64,000 nt of DNA from Nemertoderma westbladi (taxonomy: Eukaryota > Animalia > Xenacoelomorpha). The stretch spans positions 45,019 to 109,018 of the forward strand of contig JAUCBJ010007562.1 of the NCBI GenBank assembly GCA_032718475.1, read 5' to 3'. The position numbers and the translations under genes were made by a program. Under the pieces are notes generated by a model that did no database searches, was not told the DNA's origin, and saw nothing but the letters and a program-made list of their open reading frames with translations. This document shows, one piece after another, positions 61,901-64,000 of the stretch (within the stretch, counting starts at the first letter, position 1; each line of letters begins with the position of its first letter).

Positions 61901-62541
61901 TCCTAAAATTAGAAGATGTGTACCTTTTAATATCCAGGGAGGCGGTAGTAGAAACTCGATCTAACTACACCGACCAGCACATCGTAGCAGAAGGAATCAC
62001 ATTGCCCTCTTCAAACCGACAAAAACCCCAGACAACATCCACTAAGACGGCCACTTACGCCACACCGACGGAATCACGACAATTCTCAGACGGTAATAGA
62101 GTATCTGCGCCCATTGGGACGAAACAGACGAGACAGCAACTCAGCACCGACTTCAACGGCTGCCAATACTGCGAGCATCTAGGTAAGCGGTATATTGGTC
62201 ACAAGTTACGAGGTTGTCGACAATTTCGCGAGTTGAACTCGGAAGAACGACGGCTGCAGATACGGCCACTGGACTCTTGTTGGCGGTGTACGCGACACGG
62301 ACACGTCCGTAAAGATTGCCCAAATACCGACACTTGTCCATCCTGTGGACGCAACCACGACGGTCTGCTCCACACAGACAGCCACACGCCGACGAAACGC
62401 TTCGCCAGGGAACATCCGGAAGCGGCAGCGAGATGTGATGCGGCCTACCAAAAACGAGAATCGAAAACGACTCCGACCTTCGTGACACATATTGAGGATT
62501 GCTTCTCAGAACAATCCGGATCAGAATCTACGCGATTCTAG
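58957..62541 (+). CDS. BEL gag of copy 2 (1194 aa), terminated by a deletion-induced frameshift just before the protease
   Basis: Near-identical to the N-terminal part of 39123-47855; ~136 nt present in copy 1 (44070-44205) are missing at ~62523. Confidence 0.9.
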   Translation: MSDKQDYTKNTQTDYDSCDGDKSAAEEQQGKTREPTEPTPCASPVHPTGVPDAVVRGDGRTEDFLTVPQPRYRETEMVSSAGSTESVVRSVGGYMAHITRSIGEGQRILDGLTAPMSRFEFYTLQVRVQSKVYKSVDNLVGLQDLARQRQDMDTQLRILEKLMITREKLIQFKSTIRQIQQEQADQLLGESVSGELLQPEEEQELYRLDGQLKHLTDHLRMCGEDVGDLETVPEYTRETSPVRIESAPGILDQSLVSIRSEIGEGSMATSEIARQQQLCRQQQEMEEQTQLLMLQAAVEEEKLRVANIARISHLQEQAELEAAEMERLELDIAQQTAAAAAAESERQAAAAAAAAESERQAAAAAAESERQAAAAAAAAELERNRLVLEARAEMKTRQIKAQSAIRQAELEAKQQQTEQREKEVKLRFELEKKARELANAKEDLDLQARDRSMRSRDGHDLDQIEVRHRQIQERKKEGSVGAPGRERQLVKDLCQRFPQVTHMFAPVTTKEPVSIAGSSNISPIHGATEHRFVIPDEFTPPRATSSPIPKVKVSNPPITDRSSLLVEPVLLTTKQVSPPLTPKPVTHYAYPMTFRPTRPLDSNVVTRPPVQFTSQSTTSRKTCEPTEQRRTVDTRPFNQFTSQSTTSRKTCEPTEQRKPVDDVPKRNVRVRTTQRTRARRPPYPDDSSTSSESDYPKREVFRTGAADEYKRERSDNSFVDNPPQNTPTQKALPPAGAIGAQQFADIVNKLARIEERLEEGYTDSSRNSEFEPNKHPKEPQRPVPSNPTSYQRKTPRRENNNPVANQGRETLNVAEEIAKFAARQGLPVQQPPKFSGSSKHWHTFVDYIESQIAVCAFTSREKFNYLLQTLSGEPKRLAETFVGVPDAFELAYDRLTSIYGGTVSMARSVIEELCKGGAITKPVDLLKLADEIKNAITTLRSIGQLDYGNTPTVLLKIIGRLHHRLRREWRKVEYQREERGGFLKLEDVYLLISREAVVETRSNYTDQHIVAEGITLPSSNRQKPQTTSTKTATYATPTESRQFSDGNRVSAPIGTKQTRQQLSTDFNGCQYCEHLGKRYIGHKLRGCRQFRELNSEERRLQIRPLDSCWRCTRHGHVRKDCPNTDTCPSCGRNHDGLLHTDSHTPTKRFAREHPEAAARCDAAYQKRESKTTPTFVTHIEDCFSEQSGSESTRF

Positions 62542-64000
62542 ACTCAGCCTCATCTCATAGCTACGTGGACGAAAAGATAGCTGACGTCGTGACGGATCTT
62601 AAACAAGGTAAGCGTGTCAGTTATACAGTAAGTAGTATGCACGGACAGCGTGCAATACCAGTGACACGAGTTAAGTTGGACTTAGACTCTCTTCTTCCAA
62701 AATCGCAACACAGCGAGAGGGAGAGGTCTTTGTTACCCTTTAGAGATCTAACCTTTGCGGCCACGAAGGACTTTAGTAACCTACTAGGTCCAGTGCCGGA
62801 ACAATCTCTGGAGGACCGTAAGTATTTCAGACACCTTGGTGTACCCGAATGTCCTGTCAATTATAGATCGGTAGCAATGCTGATCGGGACGGACCAATTC
62901 AACCTACATCAGGTGTGGGAAACCAGACCATCGGCAGTTGTAGCAGGAAACGCATACGCCTGCAGAACGCCGATAGGGTGGTATACTCGAGCGCCTGTGC
63001 GCACACTAGACGTAAGTGACGAGGAAGACGATGTACAGAGTACATGTAGTTTATTAACTACAAATTCAATTCATTCCTTTTCACACGACGTGAACCATAC
63101 TACGCTACAGTCGACAAAACATGACAGACGGGTAACTAGTATGATAAGTCACAAGGAGCAGCTAACCCACAAGGTGAGTCTAGGACTTGGGGGGAAGACG
63201 AGTCAGCTAGAGATTCCATCGACGACAGATGATAGGCTTGCGAGTCTACCTACCCCAATAACCTCAACAGTGCCCGTCGATATCGACGATGACGCGTTGA
63301 AAATTCATCAGTTGGAACAAGCGGACTTGGACAAAGAATTAACGGAGAAGACTATCAGGTGGTTAGAACAAGATACAGCTGAACCTGGTAGCTACGAACC
63401 TTGTATGTCGGAACAGGAGAAACAATCTCTGAAGATCATGGAAGAGACTATCCGACAGACGGAGGACGGACATTACGAGGTGGGTATGTTATGGCGTAGC
63501 CAAAGTCCTAAACTTATAAATAACTACCCACTGGCTTTGAGACGTCTACACTCAATACGACAACGTCTATTAAAGGACGAGAAAGCCCATCTGCAGTACA
63601 ACACTCAGATGGAGACGTATTTGACTGAAGGATACGCTATCCGAATGACTAACCCGGAGCGAGTGACCGACCAGACATACTACCTGCCACATCACTATGT
63701 GAGACATCCCGACAAACCAGATAAAGTACGCGTAGTCAATGACTGTGCGGCTCTGTTTGAGGGAATGTCCCTCAATAGTGAGTTGATGGATGGACCGAAC
63801 ATGAATAATTATCTTATGGGGGTGATTATGCGCTTCCGTCAGCGCCAAGTAGCCTTTACTTGCGACGTTGAAGCGATGTTTCACCAAGTAAAAGCGTTAG
63901 AGCGAGACAGAGACAGTTTGCGGTTCCTCTGGTATCCGGAAGGAGACTTGAGTCTACCACCAGCGACTTACCAAATGCAAGTTCGCGTTTTCGGTGCCAG
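62524..64000 (+). pseudogene. Out-of-frame protease/RT of copy 2
   Basis: RIYAILDSASSHSYVDE...YLPHHYV...DVEAMFHQV...MQVRVFGA continues to the window edge. Confidence 0.9.

Larger units (their letters stand above)
56215..64000 (+). mobile_element. BEL/Pao family B copy 2, running off the right edge
   Basis: Reverse-complement homolog of copy 1: LTR, 5' UTR, gag, protease, start of RT. Confidence 0.96.

Noticed and set aside
1-64000. Genome-wide TAA/TAG=Gln code to explain the satellite's TAA codons
   Set aside because: The 2910-aa and 689-aa ORFs contain no in-frame TAA/TAG despite many Gln, and gag-pol and LINE ORF2 end at TAA at their expected C-termini.

Overview
Eukaryotic, most likely invertebrate-animal, repeat-saturated DNA with no intact host gene. 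It opens with a ~7.9 kb 33-bp tandem array (1-7925) and a 68-bp minisatellite, followed by ~55 kb of nested transposons: CR1/L2-group LINEs (esterase ORF1, 2A-like motif), RTE-type LINEs, non-autonomous DNA transposons, a Gypsy remnant and several BEL/Pao elements. The centrepiece is a young, apparently intact 19.3 kb BEL/Pao element (33635-52967, minus, TSD GTGCT). It has an uninterrupted 2910-aa gag-pol, an extra env-position ORF resembling a Zn-finger plus DEDDy 3'-5' exonuclease, TA...TA termini, a tRNA-like Pol III unit in each LTR, and a 17-nt motif dispersed through coding and non-coding parts. A second copy starts head-to-head at ~56215. One minus-strand frame of the 33-bp array reads like a KR-delimited neuropeptide precursor with a TAA in every unit. 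All family assignments are by-eye motif recognition; no searches were run.
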